This document shows positions 47,790 through 57,908 of a DNA stretch of 64,000 nucleotides, piece after piece; position 1 is the stretch's first letter; every line of letters begins with the position of its first letter. This DNA is from an uncultured delta proteobacterium. GTDB taxonomy: Bacteria > Desulfobacterota > Binatia > Binatales > Binataceae. Location: assembly GCA_963842085.1 (NCBI GenBank), contig CAWJET010000001.1, positions 896,001-960,000 on the forward strand, given 5' to 3'. Below the pieces are notes generated by a model. It was not told the origin of the DNA. It did not search any database and worked only from the letters and a program-made list of their open reading frames with translations. The position numbers and the translations under genes are program-made.

Positions 47790-48560
47790 TCACTTGGCTA
47801 TCCTGCCGATCAATTCTCGAATCGGCTCCTGGCTTACGCTTACCAGCCCGCGTGCGGGTTGGTTTAAATCGAGAATGACGGAGATCGTGAGAACTACGAC
47901 GAGTATGAAGCCCAGCGTGCCTCCCAGCTCCACTCTGGCGGCAATGCCTTGTTCGCGTCCAACCAATATCGTTGAGACAATCGCTGACACAAAGAGTAAG
48001 ACTATGATCTCCGGCGGGAGGCGGTCTTTCACTGCGGCGAGGCGCGCGGACTGGCTATTCTGCACGCGATTGAGGCTGCTCAGCAATGTTGCGCCGAGGG
48101 TCGGGTCCTCCTTTTTCATTGCCTCGGAAACTAACTCTCTCATCTGGATCTGCATCGTCTGAAAGCGTGGGAGCGCCACTCGCAATTCGGCCTCCGGATG
48201 GCTTGAGTCTCCGATCTTGAGTCGGAGCTCAACATACTCTCTGATCAGTTGAATCAGCTCGCTTCGCGGCGGTTCGTTAAGCACGCTGACACAGGTATAA
48301 AAGTCGCCGATCGAATTCGCATCGGCGAGGACCATATCCCTGCGATTGTCGTGCTTGTTCAACGACATTCCAAAACTGAAGGCGAGCAGCAGGCTCAGAA
48401 GTGCCAGGCTTGCATCATCGAATTTGCTCCCCGCCCGCGGGCTGGGGAGGTCGCGAAGCCTCGACCCGAGCCGCCACGCCACGCCCCATGACACAAGCAT
48501 TGCCACGGCAAGCAGAACAACTACAGTATGGGGATGATACTCTGTGAAGATGTCGTTCAT
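47790..48560 (-). CDS. DUF4239-like membrane protein
   Basis: LLSLLLAFSF, ADANSIGD, DLNQPARG. Confidence 0.72.
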   Translation of the reverse strand: MNDIFTEYHPHTVVVLLAVAMLVSWGVAWRLGSRLRDLPSPRAGSKFDDASLALLSLLLAFSFGMSLNKHDNRRDMVLADANSIGDFYTCVSVLNEPPRSELIQLIREYVELRLKIGDSSHPEAELRVALPRFQTMQIQMRELVSEAMKKEDPTLGATLLSSLNRVQNSQSARLAAVKDRLPPEIIVLLFVSAIVSTILVGREQGIAARVELGGTLGFILVVVLTISVILDLNQPARGLVSVSQEPIRELIGRIAK

Positions 48561-48651
48561 TTGTCAACGCTGGCGCGACCGGCGAGCCGGGCGGTCGGCA
48601 ACCGGGGAGGAGTCTCCACCAACGGAGGCTCCCAATCGCTCAAACCGACTG

Positions 48652-49332
48652 TCAACTTATCGAGCCACGGTCTCGAAATCTGATCTTGAGTTGCTCCGCG
48701 ATTGCGTCGGCGGTCGCTTTGGCTCTCCCCTCAAGCGTATTCCTGCCGCTCGCCTCGCCATAAACCTTCATTCCGCCGACCACGATCAGGCCTATCGGAT
48801 TGCCGGTCGCAATCGCGACCGCGGCCGGCGCGACCATTCCCGGCATCTTGTTTCCGGACGAGCTGAGCGTTCCGGACCCAAGCTTGCGCCAGCCCTCGGG
48901 CGTCACTGCATAGCCTTCGACCACCGTGTCCATCTCAGAACTCCCTGCGCCGAATCCGACGACGAAACGCTTGACGGCGCTGCCGCCCTCGACCGAAACG
49001 AGGTAGCCGCGGATTACGCCGTCACCAGCTTGGGGCGCCGATCCCGGCCCGGCCTGCACCGCTGAAAGACCCATGGCGTTGATATCCGCCACCAGGTCTT
49101 TGGCGATGGCCGCGCCAAGTTGACGGCCGCTTTCAAGCTCCTCCGCTGTCGGCGGCGTGCTCGGCGCACTGAGAGCGCCGCTGATGGAGGAATCGGCGGG
49201 CACTTTCGCGGGATCGGCGATGAAGTCGTACACCCAGATCTGATTCGGTCGCGCGAGTCCCGGGCTGACCATCGGTGTTTGCTGGGTGACGTTGGTTGAA
49301 GCGCACCCGGTAAGCACGATCACGGCCAACAA
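48652..49332 (-). pseudogene. DUF4410-like lipoprotein whose RBS and start are displaced by an inversion
   Basis: Lipobox LTGC, RFVVGFGAG; first 11 codons lie on the + strand at 49572-49604. Confidence 0.75.
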
Positions 49333-49333
49333 C

Positions 49334-50032
49334 AAGAGCGGCAATATGGTCACATTTCCGATTGGGCTCAGCGTCTCGAAGGTGCAGAGAATTGGAATCC
49401 TCCCGATACGCTTCGCCGTACAGGGACAATACATGCCGGTGCATCCTGATGCATTCGGTCAGAAATGGAACGTACAGGTGACAATTGCGCCGGTGATCCC
49501 CAAACTGATCAGAGGGAATTTACTCGAGGGTTGGTAAGAGGTTGCGCACACCGAATGATAGGAGGTTCCTTATGAGTTTTCGCAGCCGCATCGTATCATT
49601 CTTGGTGACGCGATGGAGATTCCCGCTCCGATTAACGTATGGATTGGAATTCAGTACCTGAAGAACCGGCCGATTGATCAGGTTCCAATCTTCAGTCAGT
49701 GATATGGGCAGCACCGGTTGAAACTGAAGATTTACCTGGTTCCTATCCGAGCGGCCTGTCGGCATGTTCAGCCAGTAGGTATTTTCCTGAAACGTGATCG
49801 ACCAGATAGTCGATATCGGATTGCTCAGCTCTTTGTTTAATTCCGTCACAGACTTCGCGTCATTTGGCGTATTCTCAGCCGCACGGTAGTCCACCGGAGC
49901 CGGCGCGGTCTGCGCTCGTGCGCGCTGCGTCCCGCATACCAGGAGGGTCGCGGCCAGGACGGCTATGGTCGCGCAGGCGACGAGAATCCGGGACCTTCCG
50001 GGAGGTGACCGGCGCGGTCTTTCTTCGGTCAT
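49334..50032. pseudogene. Split 'neuromedin U'-like outer membrane protein (N-terminus minus strand 50032-49605; C-terminus plus strand 49334-49537)
   Basis: ELNKELSNPIS..FQPVLPISL on minus; VTFPIG..GQKWNVQVTIAPVIP on plus. Confidence 0.7.
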
Positions 50033-50350
50033 AGTTCTAGCGTCGGGAACAGTAGCGTGACTTGGAACTTCAGAGCAAATTGCTCCGTCCGGGGAGCAAA
50101 TTGCCGATACACCATCCACTCCGCCAATACTTCAGGCAGCGCAGGCCGCTTTCCTTGCTCACCCGATTCGAGGGAATCGAGATAATCGGCAACGCCCATT
50201 TGAGTTTTTAGCGGAGGCGCGGGAATCGGATGACCGAGGAAGTCAGCGCGGCGAAGATGCATCATGCCGATTCCGACGACATTTTCCTGCATTTCGTCGA
50301 ATGATGCTTCGATGGCGTGTCGAATGTAGCAGATCGGTCCGGAGCCTGTG
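50029..50350 (-). pseudogene. Type I restriction-modification specificity subunit (HsdS)-like fragment
   Basis: HLRRADFLGHPIPAPPLKTQMGVADYLD resembles the HsdS motif IPLPPL.EQ..IA.YLD. Confidence 0.5.
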
Positions 50351-50370
50351 GCGTCGAACTATGGTCGTGA

Positions 50371-50895
50371 TCAAGCGGTCGTTTCGGTGATACGAAGGGT
50401 TTTCCGGCGCTGAGCCTGAGTAACCTGTCCGGGCATAGCGCGACCCCTAAGGGCTGGTCCCGGCCGGGCGCTCATCTCGCGAGCGTCAATTTTCAATTCG
50501 CAGCTCGGACAGATGAGTTTCGGTTTGATCGTGTGGCCGCAGGGCCGGTGGACCAATTCCACCGGGACGCCCGCGCGTCCAGCCATCCAACGATCACCCC
50601 ACTCGGTCATCGTGGCGATCAACGGATAGAGATCAAACCCTTTTTCCGTAAGCCGATACTCGAAGCGACGCGGGTGCATTTCGTACACGACGCGTCTAAG
50701 AACCCCATCATGCACCAGCTTACGCAGCCGGTCCGACAGCCGATGCGGCGTCAACTGCAAATCCTGCTGAATCGCGTCGAACCTCCGTATGCCGAGGAGG
50801 ACATCGCGGATGATTAGCAAGGTCCAGCGGTCGCCGACCACCGACAGTGTTCGGGCGACTGAGCATGTCATCGTGTCGATTTGTTGCCAGCGCAT
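50371..50895 (-). CDS. HxlR-family transcriptional regulator
   Basis: CSVARTLSVVGDRWTLLIIRD, EYRLTEKG, C-terminal CGH...CPSC. Confidence 0.9.
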   Translation of the reverse strand: MRWQQIDTMTCSVARTLSVVGDRWTLLIIRDVLLGIRRFDAIQQDLQLTPHRLSDRLRKLVHDGVLRRVVYEMHPRRFEYRLTEKGFDLYPLIATMTEWGDRWMAGRAGVPVELVHRPCGHTIKPKLICPSCELKIDAREMSARPGPALRGRAMPGQVTQAQRRKTLRITETTA

Positions 50896-50935
50896 CTGTT
50901 TAACAGCTTTGCACAACACTTGGCATGAAACTAGA

Positions 50936-50948
50936 TTCCAAATTAGAA
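50936..50948. promoter_or_regulatory. Putative operator TTCCAAATTAGAA
   Basis: TTC-N7-GAA motif about 40 bp upstream of the HxlR gene. Confidence 0.65.
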
Positions 50949-50992
50949 GTTAATAGACCACAATCGTCCAGCGACCTCGATGATCCTCGCGT

Positions 50993-51469
50993 TCATGCGG
51001 GGCCAATCGGCTCGAGAACCACCACCGGGATCTGCCGCGAACCAGCTCGCTTCTGGTAGTCGTCGTAGGGCGGATACATCGCCGCCATCTTGTGCCAGCC
51101 GCGCGTTCGTTCGTCGCCGCTCGCCGTGCGTGCGCGGGCGCGCATGCGCTTCGCGCCCACTCGGATCTCGCACTCCGGATTCGCCTTCAGATTCACATAC
51201 CAGGCCGGATGCGTCGGCGCGCCGCCCTTCGAGCCGATGACGACGTACTTCCCGTCTATCTCCTGGTATAGGAGCGGCAGCGGACGGAGCTTACCGCTCT
51301 TCGCGCCGCGCGCGATCAGGAGCAGCGTCGGCAGCGGGCCGGGTCCGCCGCCAATGGTCGAGTCCCACAGGTGCGCCTTCTCGGGCTCGGACAGATAGAG
51401 CTCCACGTGGTCCTTGATCCACTTCGGCATTGCTTCCGGCAGCTTTTCGAATTCTTCTTTTTCACTCAT
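50993..51469 (-). CDS. Deazaflavin-dependent nitroreductase (DDN) family protein
   Basis: GSKGGAPTHPAWYVNL, YDDYQ, RQIPVV. Confidence 0.88.
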   Translation of the reverse strand: MSEKEEFEKLPEAMPKWIKDHVELYLSEPEKAHLWDSTIGGGPGPLPTLLLIARGAKSGKLRPLPLLYQEIDGKYVVIGSKGGAPTHPAWYVNLKANPECEIRVGAKRMRARARTASGDERTRGWHKMAAMYPPYDDYQKRAGSRQIPVVVLEPIGPA

Positions 51470-51594
51470 GATGGTTCGTTTCGTCGAAATGTAACAGTGC
51501 TGCGAAGTGGGGTGCCTCGCATCTCCTACAACGTAACGAATTTACCGTCGAAGAAATATTCCCGGCCGGTCCTTCGCCACGAGCCATCGGCCGC

Positions 51595-52389
51595 TCACGC
51601 TGTCGCCCGTTCGATTTTTTGCATGTAGGGGTCGATATCGGGAGCGAATGCTGGATGTTTCGACAGTTTCGCGAAATGAGCCATAGCATCCGGAAACTGC
51701 TCGTCGACGTTCCCGCTCAGAATCGGCTCTAGTCCTCGCTTCTTCAGATCTCGGGCCCGCGGCTTCTCGTTATGGAACAGGCCGAGCTCAGCCACGAAGC
51801 ACACGTCGGCCAGGGTCAGGCGGTCGCCTACAATGAAACCTCGACCTGCCGAAAGTGCGAAGTTGATCCCGGCCATGTACACCGCGAATGCTTCGCGGGT
51901 TCGATGATAAATCTCCTCGGACAAGGATCCGCTGCCCAGCGCGAGCAGATAGATTTGTGAATCTCGCGCGAACACAAGACTTACGTCGAGAAAGCTGTCG
52001 ATCCGTGACGTTTCGTATGGATCCTTCCCATATAGCCCGAGCTTAACGTCACCGAGCCTGGCCACCGCGCGCATGATGCTGTTGGATTCGAAGATTCCTA
52101 CCTTGCCATCAGGGCTGAACGCCGCCGGCACGGTGCCAAACGGGTGCGCCTGGAGAAAGGCGGCAGTCTTATGGAGCTTGCCCTGGAAACCGGCGTGGCC
52201 GCTCACCTCGCTCGCCACCGTGGCGTCCGCCGCTGAGAACGGACGCGCATCGAAGTCCCATAGCCACGACTGAAGCTCTTTGGGCGAGGCTCCGCGCAAA
52301 TCGAGGTCGACGCCGGCCAGTCTCGCGACGATAGTTGCCTTCCAGATTCGCGGATTAGGCAAGTAGGAAAAAATTCGCAGTTGACTCAT
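51595..52389 (-). CDS. Glutathione S-transferase family protein
   Basis: HPFGTVP, IFESNSI, LTLAD. Confidence 0.82.
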   Translation of the reverse strand: MSQLRIFSYLPNPRIWKATIVARLAGVDLDLRGASPKELQSWLWDFDARPFSAADATVASEVSGHAGFQGKLHKTAAFLQAHPFGTVPAAFSPDGKVGIFESNSIMRAVARLGDVKLGLYGKDPYETSRIDSFLDVSLVFARDSQIYLLALGSGSLSEEIYHRTREAFAVYMAGINFALSAGRGFIVGDRLTLADVCFVAELGLFHNEKPRARDLKKRGLEPILSGNVDEQFPDAMAHFAKLSKHPAFAPDIDPYMQKIERATA

Positions 52390-52396
52390 ATCGCTT

Positions 52397-53107
52397 TCAC
52401 CACGTTTCCTGGAAAGGCCTGACTTCGACGTTGAACGACCACGCGGACCGGTCCTGGTGAACCACGTGCCAAATCTCATCGGCAATCGCGGACGGCTGGA
52501 TGAAGAACGGGTCTTCCGCAGGCTTGGAAGTCATCGCCCGGGTCCATTCCAGGTCGATAACCGCGTCGATCACAACGTAGGCGACATGGACGCCCTTCGG
52601 TCCCAGTTCTCGGGCGATGGACTCGGCAAGTATCCGCTGCGCCGCTTTGGTAGGTGCGAATCCGGCGAAGCGAGGTTTTCCGCGCAGGGCTGAGGTGTTG
52701 CCGGTTACAATGATGGCCCCTTCTCCGGCCTCGACCATCGCCGGCGCCAGCAGCCGCGCCAGATACAACAGCGCCATCGTATTGACTTGAAAATTAAGAG
52801 CGAGGGCCTTCGGATCGATCTCCAGAAAATTGCCGAATGCGCCACCCACCGCGTTGTGGACCAACACTTTCGGCGCGCCTAGATCCCGCCGCACAGCCTC
52901 GATTACGGAATCGAGCTGAGTCTCATCGGTGACATCGCAGCTGTAGCCCCTCGCGTTCGGAATCTCGCGCTGAAGTGCATCGAGACGCTCACGCGTGCGC
53001 GCCAGCATCGCCACCTTGTATCCTCCGAGTGCGAATTTGCGCGAGATAGCCGCGCCAGTCCCAGGACCGACCCCAGTTACCAGAACTACCGGACCGTTTT
53101 CACTCAT
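52397..53107 (-). CDS. SDR family oxidoreductase
   Basis: TGVGPGTG, ARELGPKGVHV. Confidence 0.88.
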   Translation of the reverse strand: MSENGPVVLVTGVGPGTGAAISRKFALGGYKVAMLARTRERLDALQREIPNARGYSCDVTDETQLDSVIEAVRRDLGAPKVLVHNAVGGAFGNFLEIDPKALALNFQVNTMALLYLARLLAPAMVEAGEGAIIVTGNTSALRGKPRFAGFAPTKAAQRILAESIARELGPKGVHVAYVVIDAVIDLEWTRAMTSKPAEDPFFIQPSAIADEIWHVVHQDRSAWSFNVEVRPFQETW

Positions 53108-53153
53108 GATGATTGAATCCTCGCGCCCTCGCTTGAAATCGGGGTCTTCGAGT

Positions 53154-53756
53154 TCACTTTTGCGATGCGCTTTTCTTTAGGGTCGCCTCGAGGAAATCAA
53201 GGCGATCGTTTCCGAAGAACATCTCACTACCCACGACAAAGGTCGGCGAACCAAAGACTCCGCGGTCGGCAGCGAACTGAGTGTTCGACGCCAGACGTTT
53301 CGCGTATTCGTCTCCCTCCGCCTTCGTCAGAATTGAGTTTCCGTCCAGTCCGGCTGCTTCCAGGTACCGAACGACTTCGCCGCGGTCCGTGACATTCACC
53401 GCATCGGTCCAGAATGCGGAAAATACAGCTCGGTTGTATTGCTCTTCCAGATTCATTTCCTGTGCAACCAGTGCACCCCTCAAGGTCAGACTGTGATCGC
53501 CTCGAAGATGAGGATTCGCCTTGAACGGAACTTGATAGCGGGCGCACCATCTTCCGATGTCCTGCCCGGCGTACTTACGCTTGTTGCCGCAGATCACGGT
53601 TGTGGGAGTATTGCCCACGATCTTCATCAGATTGAGGAGATGCATCGGCCACATCTTGAAGCGCGCGCCGGTGCGGGCGGCGATACCATCAAGTTGCGTC
53701 CGGGCCAGATATGTATAGGGACTGATAAAGTCAAAGAAGAAATCCACGTCCGCCAT
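53154..53756 (-). CDS. 2-hydroxychromene-2-carboxylate isomerase / DsbA-like (kappa GST)
   Basis: FFFDFISPYTY, GVFGSPTF, FGNDRL. Confidence 0.88.
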   Translation of the reverse strand: MADVDFFFDFISPYTYLARTQLDGIAARTGARFKMWPMHLLNLMKIVGNTPTTVICGNKRKYAGQDIGRWCARYQVPFKANPHLRGDHSLTLRGALVAQEMNLEEQYNRAVFSAFWTDAVNVTDRGEVVRYLEAAGLDGNSILTKAEGDEYAKRLASNTQFAADRGVFGSPTFVVGSEMFFGNDRLDFLEATLKKSASQK

Positions 53757-53829
53757 AATTCTTGCTCCTTGCTTGGTGATGGGCGCCGCGAGAGCCGGCG
53801 CGGTGTGACTGCCAATCAGCAACTCCGAG

Positions 53830-54303
53830 TCATGATGCCTCTGTCTGCGCGCCGTTATCCAAGAACTCCTGAAGCGCGAGCTCCAGGTTATGACTCGGTC
53901 TTTCCGAATCGCCGAGTTTAATCAGGGCGTAACGCTGGTCGTCGTCGAGAGCCGCCCATGCCTTGTCGTCGAGTTCAACACCGGCCACGCGTGCATGGTG
54001 GGCCAGTATCTGCGGCGGGCGATCGGGCGGATTGGCGGACCGGCGCGTATCGTCGGGGAGGGTCTTGGCCGGAGAGCCAGTACGTGCCAGCGCTACTTCT
54101 TCGATGAAGGTTCTCAGCGCACTCTGTTCCTCCTCTGAATCCGCGGGAGCGTGACAGATCATCAACCTTTCGCCGCGCCCGAGCTGCTCCCATTGCGCCA
54201 GATGAAGTTTAATCCCGACTGCATCCAGTTTTCTGCGTGCCGCCATCGGAAGACAATTGAGCCACTCGTAGATCTCAGCCTCAAACTTGAATTTCCGGAT
54301 CAT
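53830..54303 (-). CDS. Nitrate reductase-associated protein (NarM-like)
   Basis: FKFEAE....LNCLPMAARRKLD..GIKLHL..W, QRYALIKL. Confidence 0.8.
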   Translation of the reverse strand: MIRKFKFEAEIYEWLNCLPMAARRKLDAVGIKLHLAQWEQLGRGERLMICHAPADSEEEQSALRTFIEEVALARTGSPAKTLPDDTRRSANPPDRPPQILAHHARVAGVELDDKAWAALDDDQRYALIKLGDSERPSHNLELALQEFLDNGAQTEAS

Positions 54304-54341
54304 CTTGATGCTCCTGCTGCGCCCGAGGTTCGTTCGGCAGC

Positions 54342-54399
54342 CTTGACAGATACTAGGTTCCAAAATAGAAGTTAGTCAAGAGCGGGTTCTAAAATAGAA
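54342..54399. promoter_or_regulatory. Divergent promoter region with two operator copies
   Basis: TTGACA near 54343; TTCCAAAATAGAA 54358-54370; TTCTAAAATAGAA 54387-54399. Confidence 0.7.
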
Positions 54400-54433
54400 G
54401 CGACGATCCCCGAATGCAAATCACTGGAGACGA

Positions 54434-55222
54434 ATGATGGGTAAGGTGCGTTTCGAAACGTCGGATGCTGTCGGCTTGATCACTTTGGCAAATCCACCGT
54501 TAAATCTGTTCGATCAGGAATTAATCGAAGATCTTCGAGCGGCTGTGGGCCAAGCCCGGCAGCATCCGCTCAGGGCGCTGCTTGTCCGCGCCGATGGCAA
54601 AAACTTCTCCGGCGGCGCCGATGTCGCGATTTTCAAGGGCAAGACCGCGATGCAAGCGCGCGAGCTCTTCACCAGCCATCTGCGAACGATCGCCGATCTC
54701 GAAGAATTGCCGTTTCCAACCATTGCTGCCGTGCAGGGGGCTTGCATGGCGGCGGGACTGGAACTTGCCCTGGCATGCGATCTCATATGGGCGGCTTCTT
54801 CGGCCCGCTTCGGGCAGGTCGAGGCGTCGATTGGAACGACCACGCTGCTGGGCGGCGTTCAACGTCTGGCTGAGCGCGCGGGCCCGAGTCGCGCGCGCGA
54901 AATTATCTACACCGCCGATCAATACGACGCCGCGACGTTTGAGCGATGGAATATCGTGAACAGAGTTGTTCCCGACGAAAACTTTGAGGCGGATATACGA
55001 GCCTTTGCCGAGCGACTCGCGAGTGGGGCGACTCTCGCCTATGCGGCCGGCAAGAAGTTCGTACGAGCATACTTGGAGAGCGGCATCCGTGCGGCCGACG
55101 CCCTGGTCGACGAGATCGCACCCGCACTGTTCGAAACGGCTGACATGCGCGCAGGTGTTGATGGCCTGATCGAACATGGGCCTCGCCAGTTTCGCAACAA
55201 GATCGTCTTTCAGGGTCGCTAA
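54434..55222 (+). CDS. Enoyl-CoA hydratase/isomerase family protein
   Basis: FSGGAD, AAGLELALACD, ends FQGR. Confidence 0.88.
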   Translation: MMGKVRFETSDAVGLITLANPPLNLFDQELIEDLRAAVGQARQHPLRALLVRADGKNFSGGADVAIFKGKTAMQARELFTSHLRTIADLEELPFPTIAAVQGACMAAGLELALACDLIWAASSARFGQVEASIGTTTLLGGVQRLAERAGPSRAREIIYTADQYDAATFERWNIVNRVVPDENFEADIRAFAERLASGATLAYAAGKKFVRAYLESGIRAADALVDEIAPALFETADMRAGVDGLIEHGPRQFRNKIVFQGR

Positions 55223-55292
55223 TTATCTTGATGTCCACCTGCCAAGACCTGAGTCAATCGAGGATTGCGATTGATTGGAGGAGAGATCGAAC

Positions 55293-56057
55293 ATGAAACC
55301 TGTTTGTTTGGTGATAGGCGCCGGTGCGGGTATCGGTGGAAATGTCGCTCGACGCTTTGCACAAGAGGGCTATCACGCTTGTCTGTGTCGGCGCAGCGAC
55401 TTGGACGGGTTGAATAGAATGGTGGACGCGATCAAGAACGACGGAGGTTCGGCAACCGGATTTCTCCTCAATGCGATCGAGGCAAACTCAATCGAAGAGA
55501 GGGTTGCCACCATCGAAGCCGACATTGGTCCGATAGAAGTCGTGGTTTACAACCTGGGCGCCCAGATTGGCGACAGGGCATTGAAGGACACATCGCTCAA
55601 GGCTTTTGAAACAGGCTGGCGCCTGGGGACGTTCGGTCTGTTTCGCCTCGCATCGGCCGTATGCCCGCTGATGGAAGCGCGCGGCAAGGGAACAATCCTC
55701 GTGACCTCGGCGACGGCGGCGATGCGTGGGAACGGCGGGCAGCATTCCCATGCGGCGGCGATGGGTGGGCGGCGAATGCTGTGCCAGACACTCAACGCAG
55801 AATTCGCATCGAAAGGAATCCACGTCGTACATATCGTGATCGACGGCGCTGTGGATGCTCCCGACACTCTTGGGAAAATGCTCGGGCCGGAAAAGTTCCA
55901 ACAGCTGAGAGAAACCCGAGGCAACGAACATGATGGACTGATGCTTCCCACGCAGATAGCCGAGACCTACCTGCACCTCGCGCGACAACACCGATCCACG
56001 TGGACCTTCGAGATCGACCTGCGGGCATTCTCCGATCGTCCATGGTGGAATCACTGA
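55293..56057 (+). CDS. SDR family oxidoreductase
   Basis: GAGAGIG, QHRSTWTFEIDLR. Confidence 0.88.
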   Translation: MKPVCLVIGAGAGIGGNVARRFAQEGYHACLCRRSDLDGLNRMVDAIKNDGGSATGFLLNAIEANSIEERVATIEADIGPIEVVVYNLGAQIGDRALKDTSLKAFETGWRLGTFGLFRLASAVCPLMEARGKGTILVTSATAAMRGNGGQHSHAAAMGGRRMLCQTLNAEFASKGIHVVHIVIDGAVDAPDTLGKMLGPEKFQQLRETRGNEHDGLMLPTQIAETYLHLARQHRSTWTFEIDLRAFSDRPWWNH

Positions 56058-56117
56058 ATAACTCCGACCGAACCTGCCTCTGATTTATCTCCTTGAAGAC
56101 GCATAGGAGCACGGAAC

Positions 56118-56900
56118 ATGACTCAATCCGATCAACGCGACGCTCAACCTTCCGAGCAAGACGTTGCCCTCATCGTTGGGGGCGGCCCCGGCATCAGTTC
56201 AAGTTGCGCCAGACTGTTCGCTAAAAACGGGATGCGTGTCGCCATCGCAGCGAGGAGTGCGGATAAACCGGTCCTGCTGAGTCTTGAGAAAACGCACGGC
56301 GTGCGCCGATACGCATGCGATGCGAGCGAACCAGCGGCCGTGGAGCTGCTCTTCCAGAATGTTGTTCGGGACCTGGGGGTTCCCACTCTGGTCGTACACA
56401 ACATTGACGGCCGGGTTGCTGAGATATTTCGCAAGCAGATTATCGAAGCTGACCCGAGCGTCGCGCTCGCGACCCTTCGGAACTCAGCTTTCAGTGCGTT
56501 TTTAGTTGGTCAGCAGGCAGCTCGGCTGATGCGCGAAAACAAAGCCAATGCCAACGGCGCGAGAGGAACGATCATCTTCACCAACGCAAGCGCAGCCCTC
56601 AAAGGCTTCCCTTTGAGCGGCGCCTTTGCGATGGCGTGCCAGGCAAAGTCTGGACTCGCACAAAGCATGGCAAGGGAACTGATGCCACAGGGTATCCATG
56701 TAGCAAATGTGCCGATCGACGCCGCGGTTGGCTGGAGGCAGGAAGACGGTACCCGCGCGCATCGACTGGCGGGAACAAATGTCGACGACAACATGGCCGA
56801 CCCGGACCGCATCGCGGAAACCTATCTGCAACTGCATCGCCAGCATCGGTCAACTTGGGCGTTCGAGGTGGTGCTACGACCATGGGTCGAGAAATGGTAG
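56118..56900 (+). CDS. SDR family oxidoreductase
   Basis: GGGPGIS, QSMAREL. Confidence 0.86.
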   Translation: MTQSDQRDAQPSEQDVALIVGGGPGISSSCARLFAKNGMRVAIAARSADKPVLLSLEKTHGVRRYACDASEPAAVELLFQNVVRDLGVPTLVVHNIDGRVAEIFRKQIIEADPSVALATLRNSAFSAFLVGQQAARLMRENKANANGARGTIIFTNASAALKGFPLSGAFAMACQAKSGLAQSMARELMPQGIHVANVPIDAAVGWRQEDGTRAHRLAGTNVDDNMADPDRIAETYLQLHRQHRSTWAFEVVLRPWVEKW

Positions 56901-56988
56901 CTGGCGCTCGCAACGGCGACCAGATCTTCGCGCCAGATCCAAAATAGAACTGACGCTCTACCAATTAGCATTCCACGGAGGATTTCTC

Positions 56989-57801
56989 ATGCCGCAGAAC
57001 AATAAAGTGGCAATTGTGACGGGGGCGTCTACGGGAATCGGGCAGGCCTCCGCGAAGGCGCTGCATCAAGCTGGATTCCGCGTGTTCGGCACCAGCCGGC
57101 GGGCCGTCGCAAGTGTCAGCGAGGGGATCGCGATGATCACCTGTGATGTGACGGACGGGGCCTCGGTGAAGAAGGTCGTCGAAAAAGTGCTCGACACGAC
57201 GGGCAGGATTGACATCCTGGTCAACAATGCAGGGATGGGCCTGCTTGGAGGAGCTGAAGAGTCTTCGATCGACCAAGCTCAAGCATTGTTCGACGTAAAT
57301 CTTTTTGGAGTGATCCGCGCGACTAATGCTGTCCTGCCGGCCATGCGAGATCAGAAAGCCGGGAGGATCGTCAATATTAGTTCGGTCCTTGGCCTGATAC
57401 CTGCCCCCTTCTCGGCTCTCTACTCGGCCACGAAGCACGCCCTCGAAGGCTATTCGGAGTCGCTTGATCATGAGGTGCGGAGCTTCGGCATTCGGGTGTG
57501 CCTGCTGGAGCCGGCGTATACCCGCACGTCCTTCGAACAGAACATGGCGCTTCCCGATCGGACACTGGACGCATACGCCACGGCGCGAGCAGGGGCGAAT
57601 GCACTCATTCACGATGCGATGAATACGGCCGACGCTCCTGAGGTTGTGGTCGAGAGCTTAATCGAGGCCGCGACCGCTGCATCGCCGAGGCCGCGATACA
57701 CGTGCGGCAAGGTTGCCCGCCAGGTGAGCGTCCTTCGTCGTTTTGTCCCCGAGCGTATGTTCGACAAAAGTCTTCGCAAGCAGATGCGTTTGCCTGCGTA
57801 A
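56989..57801 (+). CDS. SDR family oxidoreductase
   Basis: TGASTGIG, NNAG, YSATK; operator-like ATCCAAAATAGAA at 56937-56949. Confidence 0.88.
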   Translation: MPQNNKVAIVTGASTGIGQASAKALHQAGFRVFGTSRRAVASVSEGIAMITCDVTDGASVKKVVEKVLDTTGRIDILVNNAGMGLLGGAEESSIDQAQALFDVNLFGVIRATNAVLPAMRDQKAGRIVNISSVLGLIPAPFSALYSATKHALEGYSESLDHEVRSFGIRVCLLEPAYTRTSFEQNMALPDRTLDAYATARAGANALIHDAMNTADAPEVVVESLIEAATAASPRPRYTCGKVARQVSVLRRFVPERMFDKSLRKQMRLPA

Positions 57802-57854
57802 TCCACTTGGTTCATCCGTTTGCGATCGGCGTTCGCTCTTGACTCGGCAGTGGG

Positions 57855-57893
57855 TTCCAAAATAGAAGTTATTAAGAAGCTTCCAGGATAGAA
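57855..57893. promoter_or_regulatory. Two operator copies upstream of the second moaA
   Basis: TTCCAAAATAGAA 57855-57867; TTCCAGGATAGAA 57881-57893. Confidence 0.68.
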
Positions 57894-57908
57894 GCCACTC
57901 TCGGGAAT

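Noticed and set aside
50029-50350. Functional type I restriction-modification system
   Set aside because: Only a short HsdS-like fragment; no hsdM or hsdR in the window.
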